Shown here one piece after another: positions 1 to 12,776 of a DNA stretch of 64,000 bases. The stretch spans positions 74,462,001 through 74,526,000 of the forward strand of contig OZ024741.1 in assembly GCA_964016885.1 (NCBI GenBank). Reading direction: 5' to 3'. The translations under genes were made by a program, and so were the position numbers. The stretch's first letter is position 1, and the number at the start of each line of letters is the position of its first letter. Origin of the DNA: Eledone cirrhosa. Taxonomy: Eukaryota. Below the pieces are notes generated by a model, which was given only the letters and a program-made list of their open reading frames with translations, made no database searches and was not told the origin of the DNA.

Positions 1-74
1 CATAAAATAGAGAGATGTCGGGAAGGCAGCGGCTCATATTTGAGTATATACAGAATATATATATATATTGTATA

Positions 75-1100
75 TTTAGTTGAATCACCAGTCTGTATAG
101 TCAATCAGGTAATACAGGATGGTGACATACCCAATAACTGGAGCAGCAGTACAATAATAAATTGCTACAAAGACAAAGGTGATACCCTAGAAAGGAGAAA
201 CTAGAGACGAATAAAACTAATGGACCAAATTATGAAAGTGATGGAAAGAGTTATAATGGAACTAATTAGAGAAAAAGTCAAATTAGATGTGATGCCATTT
301 GGTTTCATGCTTGGGGAAAAAAGTCCTACAGATGCCCTCTTTTTAGTGAGGCAACTACAAGAGAAATTCTTAGCCAGAAAATAAGTCAGTATACCTAACT
401 TTCATTGACCTAGAAAAAGTGTTTGCTAGAATACCCCGATCTATTATCTGGTGGTCCTTAAGGAAATTAGGTTTAGAAGAATGATTGGTGAGAGCAGTGC
501 AAGTTATGTAAAGAAGAGCTGTCAGCAAAGTGAGAGTAAGAATTGAGTTTAGTGAGGTATTCAAGGTACAAGTAGGAGTTCATTTATATTTGTTTCTTAG
601 TTCGCTACTATTCATTATAGTCCTCCAGGTTTTAACAAAACAGTTTAAGACTGGCTGCCCATGGGAACATCTCTATGAAATGATCTGGCTTCTGCTATCT
701 AGGCAACATAATTAGAAATGGATGAGGCTGCTCTGAGAGCATAACAGCTAAAATAAGGACAGGGTGGAAAAAGTTCAGAGAGCTACTCCAACTGTTGACC
801 ACTAAAGTTTTAAGAGAAATCCAAGGTAGTGTGCAGGAGAGAAGACTGCGTTGGTTTTGACATGCGATGCGCATGGACAATGATCGTCAGTTGAAGAAGT
901 GCCAGGAAATGCCAGAGTAAGGAAGCCGCAGTAGAGGTAGACCAAGAAAGATATGAGCAGAGGCTGGAAAGCTGACCTCAAATTACTGAGACTCACAGAG
1001 GTAATGACAAAGGATCGTGATGCATAGAGAGATGCCATGTTGTGAAGGACCTGTCCAACCCAGGCAAGCATGGAGAAGTGGACGTAAAAATGAGGATGAT
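75..1100 (+). mobile_element. Degenerate RTE LINE RT fragment with internal deletions
   Basis: Broken frames give KGDTLE..IKLMDQIMKVMERV, FGFM, QLQEKFL, FIDLEK, VGVH, TGCPWE, ERRLRW, then a GAT tail. Confidence 0.85.
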
Positions 1101-1144
1101 GATAATTATACACACACACACACACATAAATAATATATATATAT

Positions 1145-1640
1145 GACAGCTGCAGAGCACTAGAAGTCAATAGAAACCATGGAGTGGGGAGACCCAAGAA
1201 GACCTGGGATGAGGTGATAAAAGCCGACCTTACCCAATTACACCTCACAAAGGCGATGACACACGACTGTAACCTCTGGCATCACGCAGTAATACAGAAG
1301 ACCTGACCCCCCCACGGGTACAAGCCGAAGCTGAAGCATATAGACAATATGCCTCCACACCCTCCCACTGCAAAGTGGTCGTGGAGGCTCCACGGCAAAA
1401 AAGCACCCAGCCCACACTGTAAAGTGGCCATGTAGGCACCACGGAAAAAAGCACCCAGCACTCACTGTAAATGAGGTTGGTGTTAGGAAGGGCATCCAGC
1501 TGTAGAAATCAAGCCAGAATCAGTTCCTGTATGAGCAAGACAAGGTCAGCCGACCAGACACTGCCCACAACAGGACAACCCCGTCTAACCCATGCTAGCG
1601 TGGAAGAACGGATGTAAAACGGTGATGATGATGATGATAT
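1145..1640 (+). mobile_element. RTE LINE 3' end (tail type B)
   Basis: Encodes [17 protein letters not shown]; 3' UTR matches 25190-25516; (GAT)n tail. Confidence 0.9.
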
Positions 1641-3799
1641 ATATTTATGCATCTATGAATCATATTTCTAAATAACTGTTGAATATATTCCTACATTTTT
1701 ACTTAACACAAATATTGATTATTATATATATATATATATATAATTATATTACCTACAAACTGTGCCATGCTGAATCACCTCACGAGATACATTAAGAATA
1801 TATAACATTTTCATTTTCAAGGTGGTGTTTGAATCATAGAATCACCATTATAATGAAATGTTTTTTTTTTTTTTTTATTACATAAATATAAACATTTTAT
1901 ATCAAACAGTTTTGTATCATAGAACCAAGAGTGGATTCTGGCAGATAGTTATCAAAAGCTTGCTTGTTGATAATAAATACAAGTTTCCTGAAAGCTGGGA
2001 TCAAAAGGCGGAGAGTAATTCAGTTGGAGGGGAAGGATGCTCATACAGATGTCACACATATACACAAAATAGATAAAAAGAAAGAAACAATATTTGCAAC
2101 ACTTTATGAATTATTTTCCAAGTTTGCTTGCTTTAATCAATACACCTTCAAAAGCTTCTTCCCCAATAACCAGTTTGATGGTATTGTTTTAACCATTGAA
2201 ACCACTTGACAATAAATATTCTAGTAAAATATTGGCAATCAAGTATTGTATGATGTCTACTTTAAAATCTTATATGTCAACATCGAGTTAGTATATTCTG
2301 AGATGGGATTTGAAGAAAATAAAAAATTGTGTCAATTATGAGCACTGAAAGGTTTTATATTCAGACTATTGTTATTCCTGTCACATATTAATCAACTTTT
2401 GTATACTTGTTAAATACTTAGATTGACAAATTCTCAATAAGTAAAAAGAAAATGAAAAATATGAATAAAACCCAAATCAATATTGATTTTAAATTCATGT
2501 TAATGAAATATTGATAAGCCTCCTGAATTAAAGTATATTCAATAAAAAAATTTACAATTTTTGAAGAGCCTGAAAACTTACAATTTAAAAAATGTGTATC
2601 AAAAGTATATATATTTATTTATTCCTTTTTTCTTTTCTCTTTGTTTCAATCATCAGACTGCAGCCATACTGAGGCACTGCCTTGAAGGGATTTAGTTGAT
2701 GTTATCGACCAAGGGACTTATTTAATCAAAGCATCAGGTTATGTATGTGACAGTAACCATAAACATAGACATGGTATATATGCATACATTCACATTATTA
2801 TAGCTGTGGAACTATACCAGTGACTCAAGCAAGAAACTACTAGCTATTGAGTCATAGGTATAGCTTCACATCTATAATAAAATGCACATAACGCCACTCA
2901 TAATTCAAATTTTGTTTTGCTATTTTCACAGTTAAACACACACACACACAGATATTTATATATATGAATATGTAACCATCATCATCATTTAATGTCTGTC
3001 TTCCCGGCTACATATATATTAATATACATTGTTTTTTTTTTTCAGCAGAGCTGTTCTACTAGAGAATGGGTCACGGTGGATAGTGATATGGCCACGAGAT
3101 ATGATGGTTAGTTGCGATATAAGCAGGCACCTACCGGACAAATAAGCAAGCACAGACCAACAGCAGTAAACTACTAGGAGAGATGGAGCAATGGGTTACA
3201 CTGTTAGCGGGTCTGGTGAAGACTAGGCTTGGTAACTGGGCGGATAAGACCATGAAAATGGTGAGAGATAAATCAAACCACATCATCCTTCATATGGGTT
3301 AACAAGGGATGCATTCAGGCCTTAAGCCGAAGGGCCTGTTCAAAAAACATATTTCAGTCACCATTTCATGCTGTAAAAACTGGCGAAGGGCTTATGACCT
3401 GTCCTGGGGTGTGTGGGATGGATGCACAAAGAGAGATGCATCCTTGGGAGGTGGAGAGAATACTTAGTTGATCTAAACTAAATTGCAACAGCATTTTGTG
3501 ATGTACATGTAGCCTGAGGTTACAGGAGCAATTAAAGAGTTCAAATGTGCAAAAGTTGCAAAAGAGAATGAAATTTGGCATGAGATGTTAAAAGATATTC
3601 TCTGGTTGACTTATGTGTACTGGATGGTCTGGGTCTCTGGAAAGGCACCTAAGCAATAGCAATTGGGTGGATGTTTTCATGCTCCAGGAATTCTGTGACA
3701 GTAATGACCTATCTAACTATAACATGAACATTGCAAAACAAGACAACCACTTAATCACCTATAGATCATGTGAGCACGACAGAAAACAAGACAGAGTGA

Positions 3800-4300
3800 T
3801 AGTTATAAACACAAAGTACTTCCCAACATAATTTGGTAGTTAACGACCTTATAGTTAGGGCAAGAACTCAGCAACAGAAAACAGCCAGGAGGAGAAGAAT
3901 ATGGAAGTTAAAGGACCCATCAACCAGTAAAAAATTTAGAAGAGTGTTGATTGATACTTTCGACAGTAAGGAAGAGCAAATAGAGACATATGATATAGAG
4001 GAGTAGTGCGAGTTCCTGAAAGATAACCTACTGAAGGTGACAGATGAAATCTGTGCTTGGAGTAGGTCTCTAGGGAGATGGCGAGTGACTTGGTGGTGGA
4101 ATAGTAAAGTAGATGAGACAATTAAGGCCAAAAGCCAGGCATGGAAGGATTGGCAAAATAGAGGAAGTAGAGAAGTCTACCAGTATGCTAAGAGAGAAGC
4201 TAGGCAACAAGTGCTCAAGACACAGAAAACTATAGAAGCATTAAGTTGGTTGACCAGGTTATGAAGGTCACAGAAAGAGTTATAGCACAGCTGATTAAGG
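3800..4300 (+). mobile_element. Degenerate RTE LINE endonuclease-RT linker fragment
   Basis: TDEICAWS..RVTWWWNSKVDETIKAKSQAWKDWQ, the typical WW linker motif; many stops. Confidence 0.7.
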
Positions 4301-5996
4301 ATCAAGGTGAAGAGGGTGTCATCCCTAAACAATCTGCCCTCCTACCCTGAGAATTCTAGCCATATGTTCTGCAGCAGAAAAATTCCTATGATTACAGTTA
4401 ACTGTGCTGAGTCACTAGACCCCATTGTGTTGTGACAGCAAAGCTGTGTGTGTAATCCCCGGTGTTTGCATGGTCAAAGTGGTATATATGCCACCACATC
4501 TGTTTGATGAAAGAATTCGTATTTTGTACAATCTTTTTTCAGGAATGTGTCATTATCCAGTATCGGAATGTCCTTACATGATGATATGTAGAGAAACCTC
4601 TCAATGGTACACAGCTGTAAGCACTCTTCCTTGGGAGGGAGCAAAGTATTAAAGGGTTCAGTAGATTCGTGATTTACTGAGGAAGGTTCCAAAATCAGCC
4701 CTCTATGTGATGGCAGAGTGTATACATTAAGAACAAAACGAAGTTTCACATTAAGGTCTTTATTGATTATGCACAGTTATTCACAGATAGGTGGCTCAGG
4801 ATCTATGTAACTGCTATAGACTCAACTCCAGCCCAATCTGCACATCAGACTTGTTAATCAAGCAAAACCAAAATCTCATCTGATTGCATCCTGTTCTAAA
4901 CGATGTACACAAACCCCTAAAACATACTCCCAACCATAAACACACCCACACACGCTGGGAAGCTTGCATGCACACACTCACTTATGCTCGTATATACATA
5001 CATGCACATATATATATATACATATATATATATACACACACACACATATATATATATACAAACACACACACACACCACTCATTTATGTACACGCACCAAC
5101 AGTCTTATAGTGTTGCAGGTGTTGATGGCAGAATGGCAGGTTAGTGGTAGTGGAAGTATGTAGACGAAGGAGGTCACTGGCTACACAGGCAGTCTGAGCC
5201 AGACCCCAAAGACAGCACCACCATCACCAACAACAACAGCAACAATCCCATATGCTGGCCCAGGTCAAATGTCATTTGTCATTTTAACTTTCAGTTTTAA
5301 TCACTGTATTGAGTTGATCAGATCCACATAACCCTGCCACCACCCCAACCAACAAACACGCCACAAATAGCACAGAATTATAATAAAAATAATTTCTTTT
5401 TATTTGCCACAAGGGCCAACAAAAGGGGACAATACAACAGACAGACTTTATGCTGGGTGGGGTTGTGAGGCATTCAGAACATTCTGGGTGGGTTCTCTAA
5501 TTCACAATAAACATAAGACAGATTTTCAGAATAAGCATATCATTATAAATTTTTTTTACCTTCAGCATTTACATTACTCTATTCATGCTATCGTATTTTC
5601 ACAGTAAAGGCTTTATCCCACATAATATCTAACATAACATAGAATCTATGAAATTGATATTATTTATTTTGAGAACAATACCTTAACATCAGTCTGAGTG
5701 GCTAGTTATGGTCAGTTTGAAGAGAAAAAGGTGAGAGAATTCTGGCCGGATATGGCTGGTTTAAATGCTAACGGGTTAAACCTGAGGGTACACCATTAAA
5801 ATGGTGAACAGCAATGCCATGTACTGCATATCCCCACCTATCTTGGTGATGGGTCTGGTTAGTATAGATGAATTTTAATGTCGTTAGGCATTCCAAAATA
5901 TATGTGAAGGTGGTTAGCATAAATAATAATATGGTCTGTATTTAGTTAAATGTAAGCATGGATGTGTGGTTAAGCAATTCATTAGAGATGCAGTGA

Positions 5997-6170
5997 TGGC
6001 TGTATGGCTAAAGAATTTACTTTACAAGTATGTGGTTCCAGGTTCAGTCCCAATGTGTGGCACATTTGTCAAGTGTCCTCTACTATAGCCTAGGATTGAC
6101 CAATGCCTTGTGAATGAAATATGGTATACAGAAACTATGTGGAAGACTGTCATATATATATATGTGTGTG
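5997..6170 (+). mobile_element. Third, older tRNA-derived SINE family
   Basis: TGGCTGT.TGG..GGTTCAGTCCCA..CAAGTGTC.TCTACTATAG..GAAACT..GAAG; similar copies near 10569, 13745, 36345, 44640, 53640, 56585, 58300, 59740. Confidence 0.65.
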
Positions 6171-6239
6171 TGAGTTTATATTTACTGTTTGTTTGTATCC
6201 CATAAAGTTCAACAAATAAAAATCAAAAGAAAATTAATA

Positions 6240-6590
6240 GAGTATGCTATGCAGGATGTGTACTCTGTGTGTGCATGAATGACAAAGCACAGAGGAGTTA
6301 AAACTGGGCATAAAAGGAATCATACATGGTGTGCAGAAGAAAAGATTGCATCATTATGGACAAGAAATGATCATAGATGATGATTGTTGAATGAAAAAGT
6401 GTCAGGAGTTCCAAGTGGAAAAAAAGCTATAGAAGAAGAACGATCTCAGCAGAGATGAAAGCTTACCACAAGAAGCTGAATTTTGCAGAGATGGCAAAAA
6501 AAAAACAAAAAAACAAACAAGAAAGAAGGGAAAATATGCTGTGTTAGAGAGGACATGTCTCATCCAAGCAAACATGGACAAATGGACATC
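6240..6590 (+). mobile_element. Old RTE 3' fragment
   Basis: Diverged match to the C-terminal RTE region and tail of 6876-7403. Confidence 0.6.
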
Positions 6591-6875
6591 ACCTAATAAA
6601 TATTTCTTATATGATTCCATTTAATCCTTAATCAAAAACAATATTTCTAATGAAATATTGTTTTTAATTAATTAATTAATTAATTAAACATTTTTAGATA
6701 TTTACTAAAAATTATCATTTCAAGAAGGTATTTGTAACATAAAAGGTTCTTGTATAAATTTCTGTTGGAAGGTTTTAATTTAGAGAGGAACATTTTAAAA
6801 TGGGTTTTATAGAAAGAAGTGGTTTTGAGTAGGCTGATATCAAACGGCATAATCCCTTTTCAGAAAATTCAAATA

Positions 6876-7403
6876 TCATCATCATCATCATTTTACGTCC
6901 GCTTTTCCCTGCTTGCAAGGGTGGGACGGGTCTTATTCAGCACAGCATCTCTCCACTCATCACGGTCCTTCGTCATCCCCACCGTGAGCTTCAATGATCT
7001 GAGGTCTGTTCTCACCACCTCCGCCCATGTTTTTCGTGGTATACCTCTACCACGTCTTCCTTCAACTGGCATTTCCTGGCACTTCTTCACCCATCGGTCA
7101 TCCTCCATGCGCATCACATGTCCATACCACCTCAGTCACCTCTCTCGCACACTACATTCTATCCCTCTCAGACACAGTTTCTCTCTCAACACATTCATGC
7201 TGGGTCGTTCACGCACATTTACACTGCACACCCAACGGAGCATGCTTGCCTCATTTCTCTCCAGCCGTTCTCGCATATCCTCTGCAGTTGCTGCCCATGT
7301 CTCACTACCATGCAGCATCGTGCTCCTCACACAGGCATCATACAACCGGCCTTTTGTACGCAGGGAGAAACCCTTCTTTGTCAACAGAGGAAGCAGCTCC
7401 CTA
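6876..7403 (-). mobile_element. RTE LINE 3' end (tail type A, almost no 3' UTR)
   Basis: [20 protein letters not shown]...[18 protein letters not shown]; ends GCGGACGTAAAA(TGA)n. Confidence 0.92.
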
Positions 7404-7789
7404 AATATATATAATTAAAAAGTAGAAACAAAGAAAATACAAATTGTTCTAAATTATATATGAATTGTTCCGAAATATGTTATTAAAACTGCTTTTCTTT
7501 ATTCTAACTGAAGGGGCAAAGATTTAATTACCCTTTTCGTACTTTAAAACAGCTGATTTAGCTTTCTTCTAATCATACATATAATTAGCAATGAATAACA
7601 CAAAGTGTGAAAGTTGTAAATACATTTTTATGTGTAAAATTAATATTAAACGTTGCAATATACATTGTACATGGTATTAGGTTTATTTGAAATAAAGATG
7701 TTTGCCATTAGTGATTTCATAGTAATTATATTGTCTTTTATGCAATATCTACAATACTATATAAGAAGTTGTCAACTCTTTCATTATCA

Positions 7790-8186
7790 TCATCATCATC
7801 ATCATCACCGTTTTACGTCCATTCTTCCACGCTAGCATGGGTTAGACGGGTTGTCCTGTTGTGGGCAGTGTCCAGTCGGCTGACCTTGTCTTGCTCATAC
7901 GGGAACTGATTCTGACTTGATTTCTACAGCTGGATGCCCTTCCTAACACCAACCTCATTTACAGTGAGTGCTGGGTGCTTTTTTGCCGTAATACCTCCAT
8001 GACCACTTTGCAGTGGAATGATAGGGACCCCAGTCCCTATCATCTCATTTTTGCAGCTGAGTAAACTGGGGCAATGTGAAATAAAGTGTCTTGTTTAAGG
8101 AAACAACACATCACCCGGTCCGAGAATTGAACTCACAACCTTTCGATTGCAAGCCCAATGCTCTAACAACTAAGCCATGTGCCTTC
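7790..8186 (-). mobile_element. CORE-like SINE copy carrying the RTE type B terminus
   Basis: Same head and body as 18433-18780, but ends CCGTCTAACCCATGCTAGCGTGGAAGAATGGACG. Confidence 0.88.
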
Positions 8187-11182
8187 ACTATACTATAATA
8201 AAGGGAGGAGTGCAGGACAGCATCCATTTTATATTTTTTAATCCTGTTTGTAAAATAAGTTGTATTACTTTGAATAAATAATGAATGAATATTATATAAT
8301 TTATGTACTAAATTTTGTAGCTGTTGATTTAACATAAATATTCTTATATATAATGATTGCTTATTTTAAAGATTAACTTCTTTTAAAATGCCAATATTTC
8401 CGGTTATGATAAAACGGACGCTATATCACATATCGCTTATATAAACGTTCACATATTTGCATCGTTATATCATAATATTTATAATTCTGTCGCTAATTTT
8501 CTTTTCCTTTTTTATTACATTTCACCATAATGCTGTTTATATATAATATCGTCTTTTTTAAATGTATCATGGATTACTTTACTAATTACAGAAGACAGTG
8601 TAACACAGTCTCTTTTCTATTTCTGTGTATATTGTCAATTACGATTTTATTTGACGTATCATATCTACATGCATATAATATTTGCGTATAGTATCAATAT
8701 ACACACTACACATGCTAGCAGAAAACCACCCAAAGGGTGGTTTTTCTGCTGGTATTTCTAATAAAAGATACTGCCTATGATTTTCAAATAATTTTGAATA
8801 TAATCAATAATTTTAATGGATTTAGTAATATAGCTAACTTTCTCATCATTAAGGTTGTACAAAGGTTATGATTGAAGGTCTTTAGAAAAATATAAACACT
8901 TTAGAATAAACAGTTTAGTATCAAATACGTTAATCATTTCATTATCATATTTCTAGTGAAAGACACTGTTTATAATTTCACTTTGAGTATTAATACAGTG
9001 GTTAAAAGTATTTAAGTACATCTCAATATTTGACACTATATTTGCAATATCGAAGAAACACACACAATTGATGCTGATTGTTTGGCGAAAACCATCTCAC
9101 CCTTCACAAAACCGGATTTTAAAAAGTCCCCACATATATCTGAGCTGACAGGCATAACATCAAGAGTTAACTTGAAGAGTTGCTACCCGATACCCAAATA
9201 ACACCAATTGTGAACCTTTACATCCTTGAGTCTCCTATCCCAATCAACAGTATTAGTCATCACCATCATTATTTAGTCTCAGTTTTCCTTGCTAGCTAGG
9301 GTTGGATTTCTTGTCATTGACTGCAGTACTCAAACAGATCCACTGTCCAATAGGTGGGTTGGGGGCCCACATATGATCCTGTTCTCTACCGAATGCATTT
9401 TATCATGGCACCAACAATAGGTAAGTTGTCATGTCTTTGACAGTTAAAGTGACCTCCTGACTCTTTATTTTATTGGTTTTCTATGGCTTGATGCCTTTCC
9501 TATCCACAATCTCTTTGTAGAGAGCACTTGGAACTTTTATCATGTAGATCCCCAGCCAACCCTTTGTTTGGCAGGTTTCCTATGAGTAGATGCCCTTCAT
9601 AACCCCAATCACTTCACAATGTGTACAGGGTGCATTCATCATCTCACTCAAATGTAGGAATGACATGAGTGACTAAGCATCTGAACCACCTGGAGGCATA
9701 TCTGGCTTGTGTTATGCAGAAGAACTATGATGCCCAAATTGATGTACCTCCTTCATACATCTACAGGGTAGTAAGTATTCAATCACTTCACTGCTACAGA
9801 TTGTCTGATAAAGAGGAGGTTAGCAGACATATCCAAGGTTAGTTTCAATGAATGTCAGTTGGTTATAGGCTCCACTCTAACCCCACCTAGTTATATAAGT
9901 AGGAGGCCTGGGGATCAAGAAAATATCTGCCCTTCCATGTCCAACAAAAATATATATTTTTAATTTTTGATTTATAAAGTAAGATACTGAGGTCCTAAAT
10001 AAAAGCCGGTGATAAAAGAAATATATTTTTGTTTGCAAATGCAGATCTTCCATCAAGAAAGAAAATAATATAACGTTAAATGAAGAAATTCAATCAATCT
10101 TTGCTTTCATTCCAGTCCCCACAGTTCTGTATGTTCCTCCATCATTAATGATACACATCTCAATCCATGCATATATTCTGTGCAATTATCTGCAAATAAT
10201 ACTATATCTAAGCTAAAAGATTGTTTACAAAGCTAACATATGTAACTTCAAGATATCTAAACTATATTTCAAAGACTATAATCCTCATGAATCAGTAATT
10301 TTCATTGAGGATATTTACATATAAATGATGTCCACCAAAGCACTTGGTCTATAATATATTTCTCACTCAATTTAATGTTTATTCGATGATGATGCAGTGC
10401 CCAAGGAAGCTTTGGGACCCATCCTTAGCATCTTTTAATTAACGCCTAGCTGTATTTGAAAGCAATTATTGTAGTATGGATGCACGCAAGGTATAAAGCC
10501 ATATTCCTAGGTGTATATCTATAATAGAGCATCTAATGGAGTGCATGTCTATTGTTATCTATAATAGACATGGCTGTGTGATTTGAGAGTTTACTTTGTG
10601 ATTATGTGTTTCCAGGTCCGTTCCCACTGTGCAGGACCTTGGGAAAGTGGCTTCTACTATAGACTTGCATTGATCAATGCTTTGTGACTGATATTTGGTA
10701 GAGAGAAACTGCAGAAGTCTATCATCTATAATGTGTGTGTTTCTGTGTTTACACATGTGTCTGTATTTAAGTACTGTAATATAGTAATTTGACAAAAAGA
10801 GATTTTTAAAATATATACCAGGCTTGAAAAGATATGTAGTGGAGCTGAGATGATTAACTAAATCCCTTCAAAGTGTTGCCTCAGCATGCCACAGTCTAAT
10901 GATTGAAACCAATAAATGAGTACAAGAATATATACATGTTATAGAGAGTATGTATAAATTTAATATATTGATTGTGTACAGAAGTGTATATCTATAATAT
11001 ATACAGAGATAATGGAATTCAAGATATACAAAATGACATGATTGTCATGGCTGGAATGCTTTTGATCATAGATCTGCTCAATTAATGCTAACTTGATGGT
11101 AAACAACACTATCTATATATTAAAAACTTCAAGGTTGTACTTGCCTGGCAAGTTGTTTGATATGAGATTGTGTGTTGAAACA

Positions 11183-11420
11183 AGCAATTACATTGTAGAA
11201 AAGTCATTTTAGCCATTCAAAAATACACAGGTGTTAACTTCACTTTCCTTTTCTCATTTATTTTGTGGTGTCAAAATTTCAGTCTCACTGTTTGTAACTT
11301 GGTCACTGCCACAGCTCCATGAAAATTTTGACACCAAGAAATAAATGAGAAATGTAAAGTGAATTTAACAGCCTTGTGTGTTTTGAATGGCTAAAATGAT
11401 TCTTTCACAATGTAATTGCT
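11183..11420. mobile_element. Fold-back MITE-like element
   Basis: Imperfect approximately 98-bp inverted arms, AGCAATTACATTGT... / ...ACAATGTAATTGCT. Confidence 0.7.
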
Positions 11421-11865
11421 ACATATTAGATGTTCTGTAAATCCATTTAGCTCCTGCCACTAATGACATCTGTTTATATGTAGGAAATGTAAGTGAGAAG
11501 ATTCTCCACTGAATTTTTTTCTACCATAACTGAATTGGCAAAATCGATGGAGTGACACATAGACAAGGTCTAGTAGTGTCCAGTTACACATATTTTTGAA
11601 TTTTTATTCTGGTTTTTATGTCATGAGACTGCAGTCATTCTGGAGCAACACCTTCATGGGATTTAACCCATCAGATCGACCCCAGTACTTATATTTTCAA
11701 CTTTGGTTATTCAATTTATCAATATTTGTTTGTCCAACCTCTAAGTTACAGGGCATAAACAAATAGTAAACATCAACATAAACATGTACTCACTATCTTA
11801 CAGATAGTATATTTGTCTTCTTACATAGGTGTATGTATATAATGATAAAGAGACAGACATATATA

Positions 11866-12776
11866 TGAGGTGGTATCAAAAAGTTTCTGGATGAGTTCTG
11901 TAGTGTGCCAACAGATGGCAACACACAGTTGCCCTCTGTTGGCACACTACAGTGAGAGCTAGCAGTGGCCTTCATGCACTAGTGTGTTGAGTAACACCGT
12001 TGTATTCACTTTTCAAGTTGGGAAATTTGTGTTTTTGTGATCATGTTTATGCTGTAGCCTGCAATTTTGCCATGAACAGGAAGTTGGAACAAAGAGCTAA
12101 CATGAAATTTTACGTTCAACTTGGGAAGTCTGCTACAGAGACATTGAGCAAGCTTCAGAAGCTTACATAGATGAGGCAATAGGTCGTATGCAATGTTTCG
12201 AGTGGCATGGGCATTTCAAAAGCGGAAGAATGTCCCTGGAAAATAACGAGCAATCTGGAAGATCTGCTATGAGCATCACACCCAGAAATGTGGAGAAAAT
12301 TTGTTCCCCAGGGCCAGACCATCAATCAAGAGTTCTACTGCAATGTTTTAAGGTGTTTGAGGGAAGATGCTTGATGAAAGTGACCAGATCTGTAGAGCAT
12401 GAAGAATTGGATTCTTCAAGACGACAATGCACCCTGTGACTGAGCTCTCCTTACTCATGAGTGTCTTGCCAAAAACAAGATTGTATCACTTCTGCATCTA
12501 CCCTATTCGCCAGAATTAGCATTTGTTGATTTTCTTCTCTTCTCCAACCTGAAAATGCAGCTTAACAGGCACTGTATTAATACCGTTGCCAAGATCTAGA
12601 GTGAACCACAGAAGGTCCTCGACACACTTATGGAAAACGACTTCCAGGCTGGATTCCAAAAATGGCAGGAATGCTGGGACCAGTGTATTGCTGCACAAGG
12701 AGATGATGTTAAAACTTAACTAAATATAGTTTTTTTTAAAACATTACTTGTCTGGGACTTGTTTGATAGCACCTCG
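11866..12776 (+). mobile_element. Internally deleted mariner transposon
   Basis: Imperfect TIRs TGAGGTGGTATCAAAAAGT / ACTTGTTTGATAGCACCTCG, TA at left. Remnant EQRANMKF..LGKSATET..FEWHGHFKSGRMSLEN..SGR, then QDDNAP and PYSPELA (HDNA/YSPDLAP motifs). Confidence 0.88.

Noticed and set aside
6819-7418. 199-aa plus-strand ORF (also 22518-23099 and 46136-46636)
   Set aside because: Antisense frames of RTE reverse transcriptase fragments.
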